Of a stretch of 64,000 nucleotides of DNA, positions 1 through 9,075 are shown in pieces. The notes beneath the pieces are model-generated. The model saw nothing but the letters and a program-made list of their open reading frames with translations. It was not told where the DNA came from and did not search any database. Position 1 is the stretch's first letter. Each line of letters starts with the position of its first letter. Origin of the DNA: Candidatus Latescibacterota bacterium (GTDB lineage Bacteria > Latescibacterota > UBA2968 > GCA-2709665); NCBI GenBank assembly GCA_965219455.1, contig OZ244744.1, forward strand, positions 4,992,001-5,056,000, written 5' to 3'. A program made the translations under genes and the position numbers.

Positions 1-2
1 TG

Positions 3-1838
3 CTGGAAGACGAATCGGGCACGCTGGAATGCGTCTGGTTTTCAGGGCATCGATATCTCCGACAGGCGTTCGCCCCCGGCGACCTCCTGGCGGTCGGGGG
101 CAAGGTGACCCGGTTCGGCCGCAAACGGCAGGTGGTCCACCCCGACGTCGAGGTGATTTCCGAGCGCGACGAGGGAACACGGGTCCATACGGGGCGCGTG
201 ATCCCCGTCTATACGACAACGGCGCGTATGAAGGAAGAGCGCCTCACCAGCCGCGGTTTGCGCCGCGTCATCTACCAGGCGCTGGAAGACGTAAACCTGG
301 TGGACCCGTTGCCGGAGCCGATGAGGGCCCGCTACGGGTCGCTCTCGCTCGACGAGGCCGTGAGAAAGCTTCATTTTCCTGATACCGGACAGGAAGTGGA
401 GGCGGCCCGCCGCAGGTTGGCGTTCGATGAACTGCTTTATTTTCAATTGCGGCTACGGGCATTGGAGCCCGGCGGAAACGAGCGGCAGGGGCCCGCATTT
501 CCAGCATCCGGCCCTCTGGCCGCACAATTGATGGGGACATTGCCCTTCATCCCGACCGGAGCCCAGCGCCGCGCGCTTCAGGAGATTGGCGGGGACCTCG
601 CCCGCGGCAGGCCGATGCGCCGGCTGCTGCAGGGTGACGTGGGGTCGGGCAAGACCCTCGTGGCGGCGGCGGCCATGCTGACGGTGGTGGACGGCGGCGC
701 TCAGGCGGCGCTGATGACCCCCACCGAGATTCTGGCGGCGCAGCACGCAGCAACCATCCACGCCCTCACGGCCCCGCTGGGGCTTACGGTCGCGTGCCTT
801 ACCGGACGGCAGGCTCAGCGTGAGCGCCGCGAGACCCTCGAAGGTCTGGCCTCGGGCCGTATCCATCTGGTGGTGGGCACGCATGCGCTCCTGCAGGCGG
901 GCGTGGTTTTCGCCAGGTTGGGGCTCGCGGTGGTGGACGAGCAGCATCGATTCGGCGTGTTGCAACGCGCCGCGCTATTGGAGAAGGAAGCGGGCACCCA
1001 CCTGCTGGTGATGACGGCAACGCCCATTCCCCGGTCCCTGGCCCTGACGCTGTATGGCGACCTGGACGTGACGACTATTGACGAACTTCCGCCCGGACGC
1101 CGGCCGGTGAAAACCGGATGGCGCACCGCCGCGGACAGGCAGAAAGCCTATCGCTTTCTGCGCGAACAGGTGTCGGAGGGCGGGCAGGCCTTTATCGTTT
1201 TCCCGATAATCGAAGAATCCGGAGCGAGGGACGTCAGGGCCGCCGCCGCTGCATTCGAGGAATTGCGGGACGGCGTCCTGTCGGGGCTGAGGCTGGGGTT
1301 GCTGCACGGCCGGCTTCCACCCGCGGAGAAGGAAGCGGTAATGGCCGCGTTCCGGAAGGGCGGCCTGGAAGTCCTGGTGTCCACAACGGTGATTGAGGTC
1401 GGGGTGGACGTTCCCAACGCGACGGTGATGATGGTTGAACACGCGGAGCGCTTCGGGCTGGCGCAACTGCACCAGCTTAGAGGCCGGGTGGGCCGCGGGA
1501 CCACCCGTTCGTATTGTATCCTGATTACCGACCCTGAGGGTGAACTCACACCCGACGCGCGCGCCAGGCTGGACGCCATGGCCGCCACCGGCGACGGGTT
1601 CGAAATCGCCGAGATGGATCTGAAGATCCGCGGGCCCGGACAGATCTTCGGTACCCTGCAGGCGGGGTATCCCGAGTTTCGTTTCGCCGATCTGACACGG
1701 GACCTGGACCTGGTCAGGTCGGCCCGTGGGGAAGCGCTCCGCCTTCTGGACAAGGATCCGAACCTCGAAAGCCATAAGGCGTTGCGCCGGTGCGTGGAAT
1801 CCGTGAACCTGGACGGGCGGACGGGGCACGCGGGGTGA
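3..1838 (+). CDS. recG: ATP-dependent DNA helicase RecG (5' end lies outside the window)
   Basis: Frame is open from base 3 (LEDESGTLECVWF). Motifs LLQGDVGSGKT, DEQHRFGV, MTATPIPRSL, LHQLRGRVGRG, DLKIRGPG. Confidence 0.97.
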   Translation: MEDESGTLECVWFSGHRYLRQAFAPGDLLAVGGKVTRFGRKRQVVHPDVEVISERDEGTRVHTGRVIPVYTTTARMKEERLTSRGLRRVIYQALEDVNLVDPLPEPMRARYGSLSLDEAVRKLHFPDTGQEVEAARRRLAFDELLYFQLRLRALEPGGNERQGPAFPASGPLAAQLMGTLPFIPTGAQRRALQEIGGDLARGRPMRRLLQGDVGSGKTLVAAAAMLTVVDGGAQAALMTPTEILAAQHAATIHALTAPLGLTVACLTGRQAQRERRETLEGLASGRIHLVVGTHALLQAGVVFARLGLAVVDEQHRFGVLQRAALLEKEAGTHLLVMTATPIPRSLALTLYGDLDVTTIDELPPGRRPVKTGWRTAADRQKAYRFLREQVSEGGQAFIVFPIIEESGARDVRAAAAAFEELRDGVLSGLRLGLLHGRLPPAEKEAVMAAFRKGGLEVLVSTTVIEVGVDVPNATVMMVEHAERFGLAQLHQLRGRVGRGTTRSYCILITDPEGELTPDARARLDAMAATGDGFEIAEMDLKIRGPGQIFGTLQAGYPEFRFADLTRDLDLVRSARGEALRLLDKDPNLESHKALRRCVESVNLDGRTGHAG

Positions 1839-1893
1839 CTGGGGCGGCGATCGGATGGCGGCGCCGGACGGTTCGATTGACGGGGGATTGGGG

Positions 1894-1922
1894 TTGACAC
1901 CTACCGGGATTTGTGGTACATT
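1894..1922 (+). promoter_or_regulatory. sigma70-type promoter for the pfkB-hflKC operon
   Basis: TTGACA(1894)-17 bp-TACATT(1917) with extended -10 TG. Confidence 0.65.
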
Positions 1923-1949
1923 CAAAAACTATCCCCGGTGAGGTGGACA

Positions 1950-2873
1950 ATGTCAGGAAACGCGCGCCGTATTGCGGTGGTCGGTTCAATTAACCGGGAT
2001 ACGATTTGTACGCCCGACGGGACCCGCACTGAAAGCTACGGCGGCATCCTGTACAGCATCGCGGCGCTGGCCGAGGTAGGGCCCGCCACGATCTTTCCGG
2101 TGTGCAACGTGGGCAGAGACGTCGAAGTCGCGGTTCGTCTGTTGCTGGGTTCCAGCGCGTCCGTGCGGCTGGATGGCGTGCGGTTCGTTCCCGAGCGGAA
2201 TCCCCACTGTTTTCTGACGTACGATTCCCGAAACCGGAAGCAGGAAACGCTTCTGGGCGGCGTACCGGTACTGACGGTTCAGCGGCTTCTGCCTTTTCTG
2301 GGCTGCGACGCGATCTGTTTCAATTTCATCACCGGAATGGAACTTGAACTGCAGACGATGCAGGCCTTCCGGCGCGCGGCCCTCGGCCTCGTGCTGATGG
2401 ACGTGCATAGTCTCACGCTGGGTATCAACGGGAATCGCCGCAGGTTTTTTCGCGTGCCGCCGCGCTGGGAGGCGTGGCTGGGCTGCGCCGACGTTGTGCA
2501 GCTGAACGAACGCGAAGGCGCATTGCTGGCAGGCGAGGCCCTGAATAGCGAAAAGGCCACCCGGAAATTCGGCGAGCGTGTTCTGGCCCTGGGTCCGAAG
2601 TTGCTGTTGATTACCCGCGGCGAACACGGGGCCGATTCGGTCGCCAGGAATCCGCGGGGCGCGGTTGAAGTCCGGCGTTACCCGTCCAGGACCGCGGATG
2701 TTCCCGTCGACGAGACCGGATGTGGAGACGCGTTCCTGATGGGTTTTACGTGGTCGTTTCTGCAAACGGGCAGTGTGGCCACGGCGAGCCGGTTTGCCAA
2801 CCGTGTCGCGGGCATCACGTGTTGCCTCCGGGGCGTCGAGCAGATGCGTCGGATCCGTGATTATCTACAATAA
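1950..2873 (+). CDS. PfkB/ribokinase-family carbohydrate kinase
   Basis: N-terminal VVGSINRD, SYGG, LNEREG and C-terminal DETGCGDAF signature. ATG at 1950 follows GAGGTGG. Confidence 0.85.
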   Translation: MSGNARRIAVVGSINRDTICTPDGTRTESYGGILYSIAALAEVGPATIFPVCNVGRDVEVAVRLLLGSSASVRLDGVRFVPERNPHCFLTYDSRNRKQETLLGGVPVLTVQRLLPFLGCDAICFNFITGMELELQTMQAFRRAALGLVLMDVHSLTLGINGNRRRFFRVPPRWEAWLGCADVVQLNEREGALLAGEALNSEKATRKFGERVLALGPKLLLITRGEHGADSVARNPRGAVEVRRYPSRTADVPVDETGCGDAFLMGFTWSFLQTGSVATASRFANRVAGITCCLRGVEQMRRIRDYLQ

Positions 2874-2954
2874 AGACGTTCGCACGCCGTTTTGTCTCCT
2901 TCCGGCGGCATACCATGAGGGTGTTGCCGACCATTTTCTCGAGGGGTTTGTCCT

Positions 2955-3962
2955 ATGCAACAATATGATTTTCCGGGTCGGCCGAGCTTCGACCTGTCCT
3001 TCAGCCCTCGGCTGGTCTACTACGGGCTGGGCATTCTGGCCCTGTTGTGGCTTGTCAGCGGGGTCTACATCGTGCAGCCGGCCGAACAGGCGGTGGTATT
3101 GCGGTTCGGGAACTCCATGGGGGTGTCGGAGCCCGGTATTCACTACCGTTTGCCCTGGCCGATCGAGTCGGCGGAAATCGAGAAGGTAAGTGAGGTGAAG
3201 CGGGTGGAGATCGGGTTCCGGACCATCGCTGTGGAACCGGCGCCCCGGTATCAGACCGTGAGCAGGGAGGCGTCCATGCTCACCGGCGACGAGAATATGG
3301 TGAACGTCGAGCTGATCGTTCAGTATCGAATCAGCGACATTGAAGACTATGTGTTCAACGTCAATGACCAGGTGCATGCCGTCCGAAGCGTGGTGGAAGC
3401 GGCGGTTCGCCAGGTGGTGGGGCGGTCGGCAATTGACGAGGCGCTCACCGAAGGAAAATTCAAGATCCAGAGTGAGATCGAGCAGCAGGTTAAAGACGTC
3501 TTCGAACTCTACCAGATCGGTTTGCACGTGGAGAACGTGAAGCTGCAGACGGTGTCGGTGCCGCGCGAGGTGGACCATGCATTTAAAGACGTTGCCAGCG
3601 CCCGGGAGGATAGAGAGCGGCTGCGCAACGAGGCCGAAGCCTATCAGAACGAAGTGATCCCGAGGGCGCGGGGCGAGGCCCAGAAAATGCTCCGGGGGGC
3701 GGAGGCGTATACGGTCGAGCGGGTCAAGCGGTCTCAGGGTGACGCGGAACGTTTCCTGGAGGTGCTAAAGGAATACCGCAAGGCCAAAGACGTGACCGAA
3801 GTACGGCTTTACCTGGAAACGATGGAGAAGATTCTGCCCGATATCCAGAAATTCGTGATCGAGTCCGATGGCAAGGGGAGCGGTTTTATGAATCTGCTGA
3901 ATTTGCAGCCCAACACGCTGAGAACCGCAGAGCCGAAGACAGCAGGGGGGAACCAGCGATGA
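2955..3962 (+). CDS. hflK: FtsH protease modulator HflK
   Basis: TM helix + SPFH domain: VVLRFG, MLTGDENMV, AFKDVASAREDRER, LYLETME. Confidence 0.95.
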   Translation: MQQYDFPGRPSFDLSFSPRLVYYGLGILALLWLVSGVYIVQPAEQAVVLRFGNSMGVSEPGIHYRLPWPIESAEIEKVSEVKRVEIGFRTIAVEPAPRYQTVSREASMLTGDENMVNVELIVQYRISDIEDYVFNVNDQVHAVRSVVEAAVRQVVGRSAIDEALTEGKFKIQSEIEQQVKDVFELYQIGLHVENVKLQTVSVPREVDHAFKDVASAREDRERLRNEAEAYQNEVIPRARGEAQKMLRGAEAYTVERVKRSQGDAERFLEVLKEYRKAKDVTEVRLYLETMEKILPDIQKFVIESDGKGSGFMNLLNLQPNTLRTAEPKTAGGNQR

Positions 3963-4822
3963 AATCGATAATTAAACTGATTGTGGCGGTCGTGGCGGTG
4001 GGGCTGCTGATCGAATCGGTACTCTTTACGGTGGACGAGCGCGAACAAGTGGTCGTAACCCGGCTGGGCGAGCCCAGGCGCACCATCCAGAGCCCTGGCC
4101 TGTATTGGAAAGTACCGTTTGTCGAACGGCTTCACTCCTTCGATGACCGTCTGCTGTATAGCGATGCCGAACCGGCGCCCATTTACACGTCGGACAAAAA
4201 GAACCTGATTGTGGACAATTTCGCCAGGTGGCGTATCGTCAACCCGCTGAAATTCCTGAAGTCCGTGCAGACGGTCCGCGGCGCCCAATCCCGCCTGGAC
4301 GATATCATCTATGCGGCCGTGCGGGAGGAGTTGGGCAGGCGGACGCTCACTGAGATCGTTTCCGGGAATCGGAAAGCGATTATGGATAAGGTCACGGAGC
4401 GATCGCGCCAGGACGCCGAGGAACTGGGCGTGGACGTGGTGGACGTGCGTGTTAAACGCGCCGACTTGCCGGAGGAGAACAAAAAGAACGTGTTCGACCG
4501 GATGAGGGCCGAGCGTGCCCGGCAGGCCAAGGAGTATCGCGCCGAGGGCGAAGAGGTGGCCCTCAAGATCCGCGCCGAAACCGACCTGGAGGTCACGCGG
4601 ATCACGTCCGACGCGTTTCACAAGTCGCAACTGACCCGGGGCCAGGGCGATGCCGAGGCGCTGGCAATTTATGCGCAGGCATTTCAGAAAGACCCGCGGT
4701 TCTATGAGTTCCAGCGCACGCTCGAGGCCTACGAACGCACGCTCACGCAGGGCAACACCACGGTTGTGTTACCCCTGCGCACGGACTTCTTCAAGTTTCT
4801 GGGTCACAGGAAAAAACGATGA
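3959..4822 (+). CDS. hflC: FtsH protease modulator HflC
   Basis: DKKNLIVDNFARWRI, DVRVKRADLP, RMRAER, FYEFQRTLEAY. Overlaps the hflK stop codon. Confidence 0.95.
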   Translation: MKSIIKLIVAVVAVGLLIESVLFTVDEREQVVVTRLGEPRRTIQSPGLYWKVPFVERLHSFDDRLLYSDAEPAPIYTSDKKNLIVDNFARWRIVNPLKFLKSVQTVRGAQSRLDDIIYAAVREELGRRTLTEIVSGNRKAIMDKVTERSRQDAEELGVDVVDVRVKRADLPEENKKNVFDRMRAERARQAKEYRAEGEEVALKIRAETDLEVTRITSDAFHKSQLTRGQGDAEALAIYAQAFQKDPRFYEFQRTLEAYERTLTQGNTTVVLPLRTDFFKFLGHRKKR

Positions 4823-5760
4823 ACGCGCGGCGGTTCTGCCCGTTGATCTGGGTGTTCTTCCTCGCGTGCCGCCCGCTATCCGCGGCAGGTTGGGAGCAAC
4901 TCGAACGGGAGGGACTGTCGCTTCGGTTTCAGGACATCGACAGGGCGTCGGCGTGGGGGCTTCTGGATGAACTGATCTCCGGGAGGTCCGAGGTTGCGGA
5001 GAAGCTGGGCGGTGGCCACGATGCCCCGGTGACAATTTACGTAGCCGGTTCGCAGCAACTCTTTCAGACCGTCACGCGCGGGCGCATTCCCCACTGGGGG
5101 GTAGGTTGCGCCTTTCCGGCCGAACGGATCGCGGTGTTGCGCCTTCTGCCCGGGCAGCGCGGACAGGTCCTGAAAACGGCCCGGCACGAGATCTCTCATA
5201 TTCTGCTGCACCATCTTGGGCGGTCGCGGGTGCCGCGCTGGTTCGACGAAGGCGTGGCCATGTGGGCCGCGCAGGAATGGCGATTTCGAGAAAGCACCGA
5301 GGTTTCCTATGCGATCTTCTCCGGCGGGCTGGTTCCGCTGGGGGAAATTGAAGGGGTCCTCGGTTTTTCTTCTTCCATGGCGCGCCTGGCGTACACGGAA
5401 AGCCTGCTGGCCGTCCTGTACCTGATCCACCTGGGCGGGCCGGGCGCCGTTGCGCAGGTCGTACATTCGCTCGGGACCGGGGTTTCGTTCGACGTCGCAC
5501 TGTATCGGATAACCGGGCTCACGCCCCGGAAGTTTGAGCGGGAGTGGACCGAATACGCAAGGGGCCGGTTCAGCGCGACGGCCTTGCTGACCTCGGCGGA
5601 GGCTTTCTGGCTCTACATGACGTTGCTGCTTCTCGGTGTTTTCGTGGCGGTCCGGATCCGCAACCGGCGGATCATCGAACGCTGGGATGAAGAATCTCCT
5701 GAAGACGCGCTGCCGTTGCGCCTGCGGCTGAGGGTGCGGCGGCCCGGGGACCGGTCGTGA
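4819..5760 (+). CDS. Peptidase MA-like zinc metallopeptidase, exported and membrane anchored
   Basis: HEISH (HExxH) plus PRWFDEG. N-terminal signal-like segment and C-terminal TM helix. Confidence 0.75.
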   Translation: MNARRFCPLIWVFFLACRPLSAAGWEQLEREGLSLRFQDIDRASAWGLLDELISGRSEVAEKLGGGHDAPVTIYVAGSQQLFQTVTRGRIPHWGVGCAFPAERIAVLRLLPGQRGQVLKTARHEISHILLHHLGRSRVPRWFDEGVAMWAAQEWRFRESTEVSYAIFSGGLVPLGEIEGVLGFSSSMARLAYTESLLAVLYLIHLGGPGAVAQVVHSLGTGVSFDVALYRITGLTPRKFEREWTEYARGRFSATALLTSAEAFWLYMTLLLLGVFVAVRIRNRRIIERWDEESPEDALPLRLRLRVRRPGDRS

Positions 5761-6353
5761 TTGTCGGCGTAACAGGGGGCATCGGGGCGGGCAAGAGCCG
5801 GGTGTGCGATGTTTTCGCCGGGGAAGGCGCGTGGGTGATCGAGGCGGACGAGTTGGGGCGGCGGGCGGTGGAAGCCCCGGCGGTCCTGCGAGCGCTGGTT
5901 GAAACTTTCGGCGGGGATATAGTGGACGACAACGGGCGCCTGGTCCGGCGTGAACTGGGCCGGCGCGCGTTCGCTTCGGCCGTGGCGCGAGACCGGCTGA
6001 ACGCCATTGTGTGGCCGCCGCTCGTGCGGATGTTGCGGGAGGATTCCATGCGTGCGCTCGCCGAGTCTCCGGACCGGCCGGTGGTGATCGACGCCGCGTT
6101 GTTTCTGGAATGGGGCGACCATCGCGCTCTGTGCGACGTCCTGGTGGTTGTCACGGCGCCGGAGGCGGTCCGGATTCAGCGGGCCACGGAACGCAAGGGG
6201 CTGACCGAGGCGGAAGTCAGAGATCGGATGGCGTCTCAGCTTCCGGAGGCGGCAAAGGTGAACGCCGCGGACTGCGTGATCGAAAACAAGGGGTCGGTGG
6301 CGGAACTGGAGACACGCGCGCTGGCGGTCTGGCGACAGATTGCCAAGCCTTAG
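5757..6353 (+). CDS. coaE: Dephospho-CoA kinase
   Basis: GVTGGIGAGKS P-loop, LNAIVWP, RMASQ, IENKG. Confidence 0.95.
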   Translation: MIVGVTGGIGAGKSRVCDVFAGEGAWVIEADELGRRAVEAPAVLRALVETFGGDIVDDNGRLVRRELGRRAFASAVARDRLNAIVWPPLVRMLREDSMRALAESPDRPVVIDAALFLEWGDHRALCDVLVVVTAPEAVRIQRATERKGLTEAEVRDRMASQLPEAAKVNAADCVIENKGSVAELETRALAVWRQIAKP

Positions 6354-6433
6354 AGCAGGGAGACTATCCGGGAATCAGCAGACCGACTATGATCGGACCG
6401 GACGCGCCGTCCCACGGCGCCCAAAGCAACAAC

Positions 6434-6463
6434 AGACCCCGACGGGATCGTCCGTCGGGGTCT
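6434..6463. terminator. Stem-loop downstream of coaE, probable terminator
   Basis: AGACCCCGACGG / CCGTCGGGGTCT, 12-bp perfect stem. Confidence 0.6.
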
Positions 6464-6703
6464 CGTATTCATGCGCAATAGTGTCTGGCTAGTCGGCAGG
6501 ATATGTGAACCGGTGAATCACCCAGCAGCGGTAGGTCTTTCACACAACATTTCCGTAGAGCGAATGAGGTGCAGTGCCTTTAACTCGTTGACCGGTAGCT
6601 TGTCGGTCTCGCTGAGAGCAACGGACCGGTATTGCCTCAAATGCCACCCATAACATGGGCTTCTCGTTTTCAGATATTGGTACCGGCGTTTTCATGTCTT
6701 TAG

Positions 6704-8405
6704 AGTCTTACAGTAAGACTTCTACGCAAAATGCGTTCATAATTATTCATGCTGCTTGTTTAGTGGTAGTGTGATCGTGGTAAAGGGTGAGGCATTTCGC
6801 GAGTGTGTTGTGGCCGTGACGAGTGACGCGCCATCGTCTGGACCGTGGGATTTTGGCAATCAGGCCGTAGACGTGGAGCCGTTTGAGGAGGCGACTGACG
6901 GCATTGGCGTGCCGTCGGCGATGGGCGGGGGATTTGGGTTGTGTGAAGAGGTGTTGTCGGATGTCCTGATTGCGGAAGCCCATCAGGGCGTGTTCGCCGC
7001 GCAGTACGGCGGTGAACAGGGCGAGGTGGTCGGGGTGGGCCGGGTTAAAGCCCCGATAGGCACGTCCCTTGTGCCTGTGTGGCCGCGCCAGTGTGCTGAG
7101 GCTTTGATGTCCGGTAGCGGCGTCAGGGGCTGCGGACAGCGCCTGAAAGTAGCGTTGGTTGGCCGTCAACGAGATTTCCCGATAGCGGTAGAGGTTGGCC
7201 ACGCCTTTGGCCATGGGATACCAGCCCATCACGCGTTGTCCTCGCCGTATGCCCCAGCGGCGAACCTTGAACTGCCTTGGATGGTTGATCACTGTTTCGA
7301 CGCGTAGTACGCACCCGTGTTTGTCGTACATTTTAATCCAGTTCTCACACATCCGGTGTTTGACTCTTGCGCCTTTGTGGCGTTTGTTTTTGAAGTCCGT
7401 GAGGACTTCACCCTGAAAGTTGCCGTGGAGTTTGCGGCCCAGGAAGGTCAAGATGTCCTGGGGAGAGAAGCACAGCACCGTGTGTCTGAGCAGGTTTTCA
7501 TACAGCGCCTTCAGGGCGTGGGGGCTTTGGAACATCACGTCGGTGGCGAACTCGGCTTGGTCAACGACCCAGTAGTAGTCCATGCCCAAAAGCAGGTCGT
7601 TGAGCAGGGGGTTGACCTTGCGGGCGAACGCCGAGAGAATGCGCGGCCAATTCTTGCCCACAAAACGATCGGCAAAGCGTTGCGCCCGGTCCACATCGGC
7701 AATCCAGACAAACGCGTTGTCCAATTTTTCATAGGCGATGCCGTGTTTGTCGAGCTTGCGCGCCAAGAACTCGTGGCCATTGAGACAGATCTGCACCACC
7801 AGCGGGAACCAGGACTGGATGCGGATATGCATCAGTCCAAACTCCCGGTCAATCCAGTAGAAGTAGTAGCACAGGCATTTCCGTGGGGCGTTCTCCAAGC
7901 GAGGCCTTCCTTCCCCCGGAACGAGCTTGAAACTCTGGCAGCCTTCCAGGGCCCGAAACACACAGACCAGGCCTTGCGTAACCCCATCGCGTTGTGCCAG
8001 GCGGCGCGCTTCGTCCTCTTTCCTGATGGTGTTGCGTTGCAGATAGATGAACGGGCGCTCGTGCTTGTTTGCCATCGCCTCCGCGTGGGCTTTGATCGTA
8101 TCGGAATGCGTCGTCACAAAACGCTTGAAGTCCTTCAACAACAAACCCTGATTGCTGATGAACCGCTCCATCGCATTTCCAAATCCCAGCGGCAGGTACC
8201 CTTTGAACAGAACCCGATCAAAACAGGATACCACTCCGGTGATTTTTTCACTACATTGGTCCACGAAGTCTCTCACGGCGTTCCTCCTTCCGTTGATGGC
8301 GGTGGGTACCACCATCATGGGGGATGAACGCCGTTTTTCATACCCAAAAACAATCTGCTCTTGACTACAACCTATTTGGTTGCGGCTGAGCAAAGCGAAG
8401 CCGCG
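6704..8405 (-). mobile_element. Putative hairpin-ended mobile element without terminal inverted repeats
   Basis: TTAG direct repeats at 6700-6703 and 8406-8409. Palindrome AGTCTTA-CAG-TAAGACT at 6704-6720 and GCGGCT...AGCCGC hairpin at 8382-8404. One large ORF inside. Confidence 0.6.
6747..8276 (-). CDS. Putative transposase/replication initiator with Rep_trans-like motifs and a C-terminal winged HTH (509 aa)
   Basis: GTG start after AGGAGG. Motifs QAEFATD, KMYDK, LRVET. C-terminal GFRNQDIR...VSRLLKRLHVYGLIAKIPRSRRWRVT resembles a wHTH. Confidence 0.6.
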   Translation of the reverse strand: MRDFVDQCSEKITGVVSCFDRVLFKGYLPLGFGNAMERFISNQGLLLKDFKRFVTTHSDTIKAHAEAMANKHERPFIYLQRNTIRKEDEARRLAQRDGVTQGLVCVFRALEGCQSFKLVPGEGRPRLENAPRKCLCYYFYWIDREFGLMHIRIQSWFPLVVQICLNGHEFLARKLDKHGIAYEKLDNAFVWIADVDRAQRFADRFVGKNWPRILSAFARKVNPLLNDLLLGMDYYWVVDQAEFATDVMFQSPHALKALYENLLRHTVLCFSPQDILTFLGRKLHGNFQGEVLTDFKNKRHKGARVKHRMCENWIKMYDKHGCVLRVETVINHPRQFKVRRWGIRRGQRVMGWYPMAKGVANLYRYREISLTANQRYFQALSAAPDAATGHQSLSTLARPHRHKGRAYRGFNPAHPDHLALFTAVLRGEHALMGFRNQDIRQHLFTQPKSPAHRRRHANAVSRLLKRLHVYGLIAKIPRSRRWRVTRHGHNTLAKCLTLYHDHTTTKQAA

Positions 8406-8448
8406 TTAGGCAAGATGACAGTCTATACCTACAAATTGTCGATGCCCG

Positions 8449-8661
8449 CTATGCCAACATCGATCGTTCGCCTTTTGGTTCCGGTATCGGATCGCCGAAC
8501 TCGCGAGCGGTGTCAATCCACAGTTCGATCGCCTCGTTGACGTGTTTGAGCGTGGATTCCTGCGTTTGTCCATGCGCCATGCATCCGGGCAACTCGGGCA
8601 CTTCCGCCACGAAGACGCCGTCGGTGTTGCTCCAATACAGGATGATCTCGTATTTGTACAT
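8449..8661 (-). CDS. hicB: HicB-family antitoxin
   Basis: YEIILYWS..DGVFVAEVPELPGCMAHG..WIDTAREFGDPIPEP. Confidence 0.9.
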   Translation of the reverse strand: MYKYEIILYWSNTDGVFVAEVPELPGCMAHGQTQESTLKHVNEAIELWIDTAREFGDPIPEPKGERSMLA

Positions 8662-8915
8662 TAATCTGGTTCCTTTAGCCTGTATTTCAAGATAACTGCG
8701 CGAATCTGCCGGATCTGGTACGGTTTCGCATGACTACCATCGCGTTGTAGATTCAGTCACTCTGCGATACCTTCTTTTCGAAATATATGATGCCCTCCAC
8801 GTATCCGTTCAGCGAACCCCAGTCTCCGGAGGAGCGCGCGCACGTTGTCGAATCGGATGTTCGCATCCGAGCCACCTTCCAGAATCTGCTGTCGAAGCTG
8901 AGTGTGTCGATTCAT
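8661..8915 (-). pseudogene. hicA: HicA-family toxin with an internal TGA
   Basis: Manual translation MNRHTQ...LGFAERIRGGHHIFRKEGIAE*LNLQRDGSHAKPYQIRQIR. Stop at 8757-8759. Its TAA overlaps the hicB ATG. Confidence 0.8.
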
Positions 8916-9075
8916 GCAAGCGCTTCAAAGATACGGTCGGTATGCCCAGAGAGCACTCAGAATGTGGATAAATTCCAAGTGTGTGTTCTCTCTAAGATAC
9001 CTAATCAACCGGCCGTTGGCGTTTCCGACACTCGATTTTGTGTGTCTGTAATGTCTCTTGCACATCGTGACGGCG

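Noticed and set aside
6471-6699. Guide-like ncRNA downstream of the Rep_trans-like gene
   Set aside because: It falls outside the inferred TTAG boundary and shows no convincing structure; more likely a gene remnant.
8757-8759. Selenocysteine or recoding at the hicA TGA
   Set aside because: The position is not Cys-like and other genes here use TGA as stop; a nonsense mutation is simpler.
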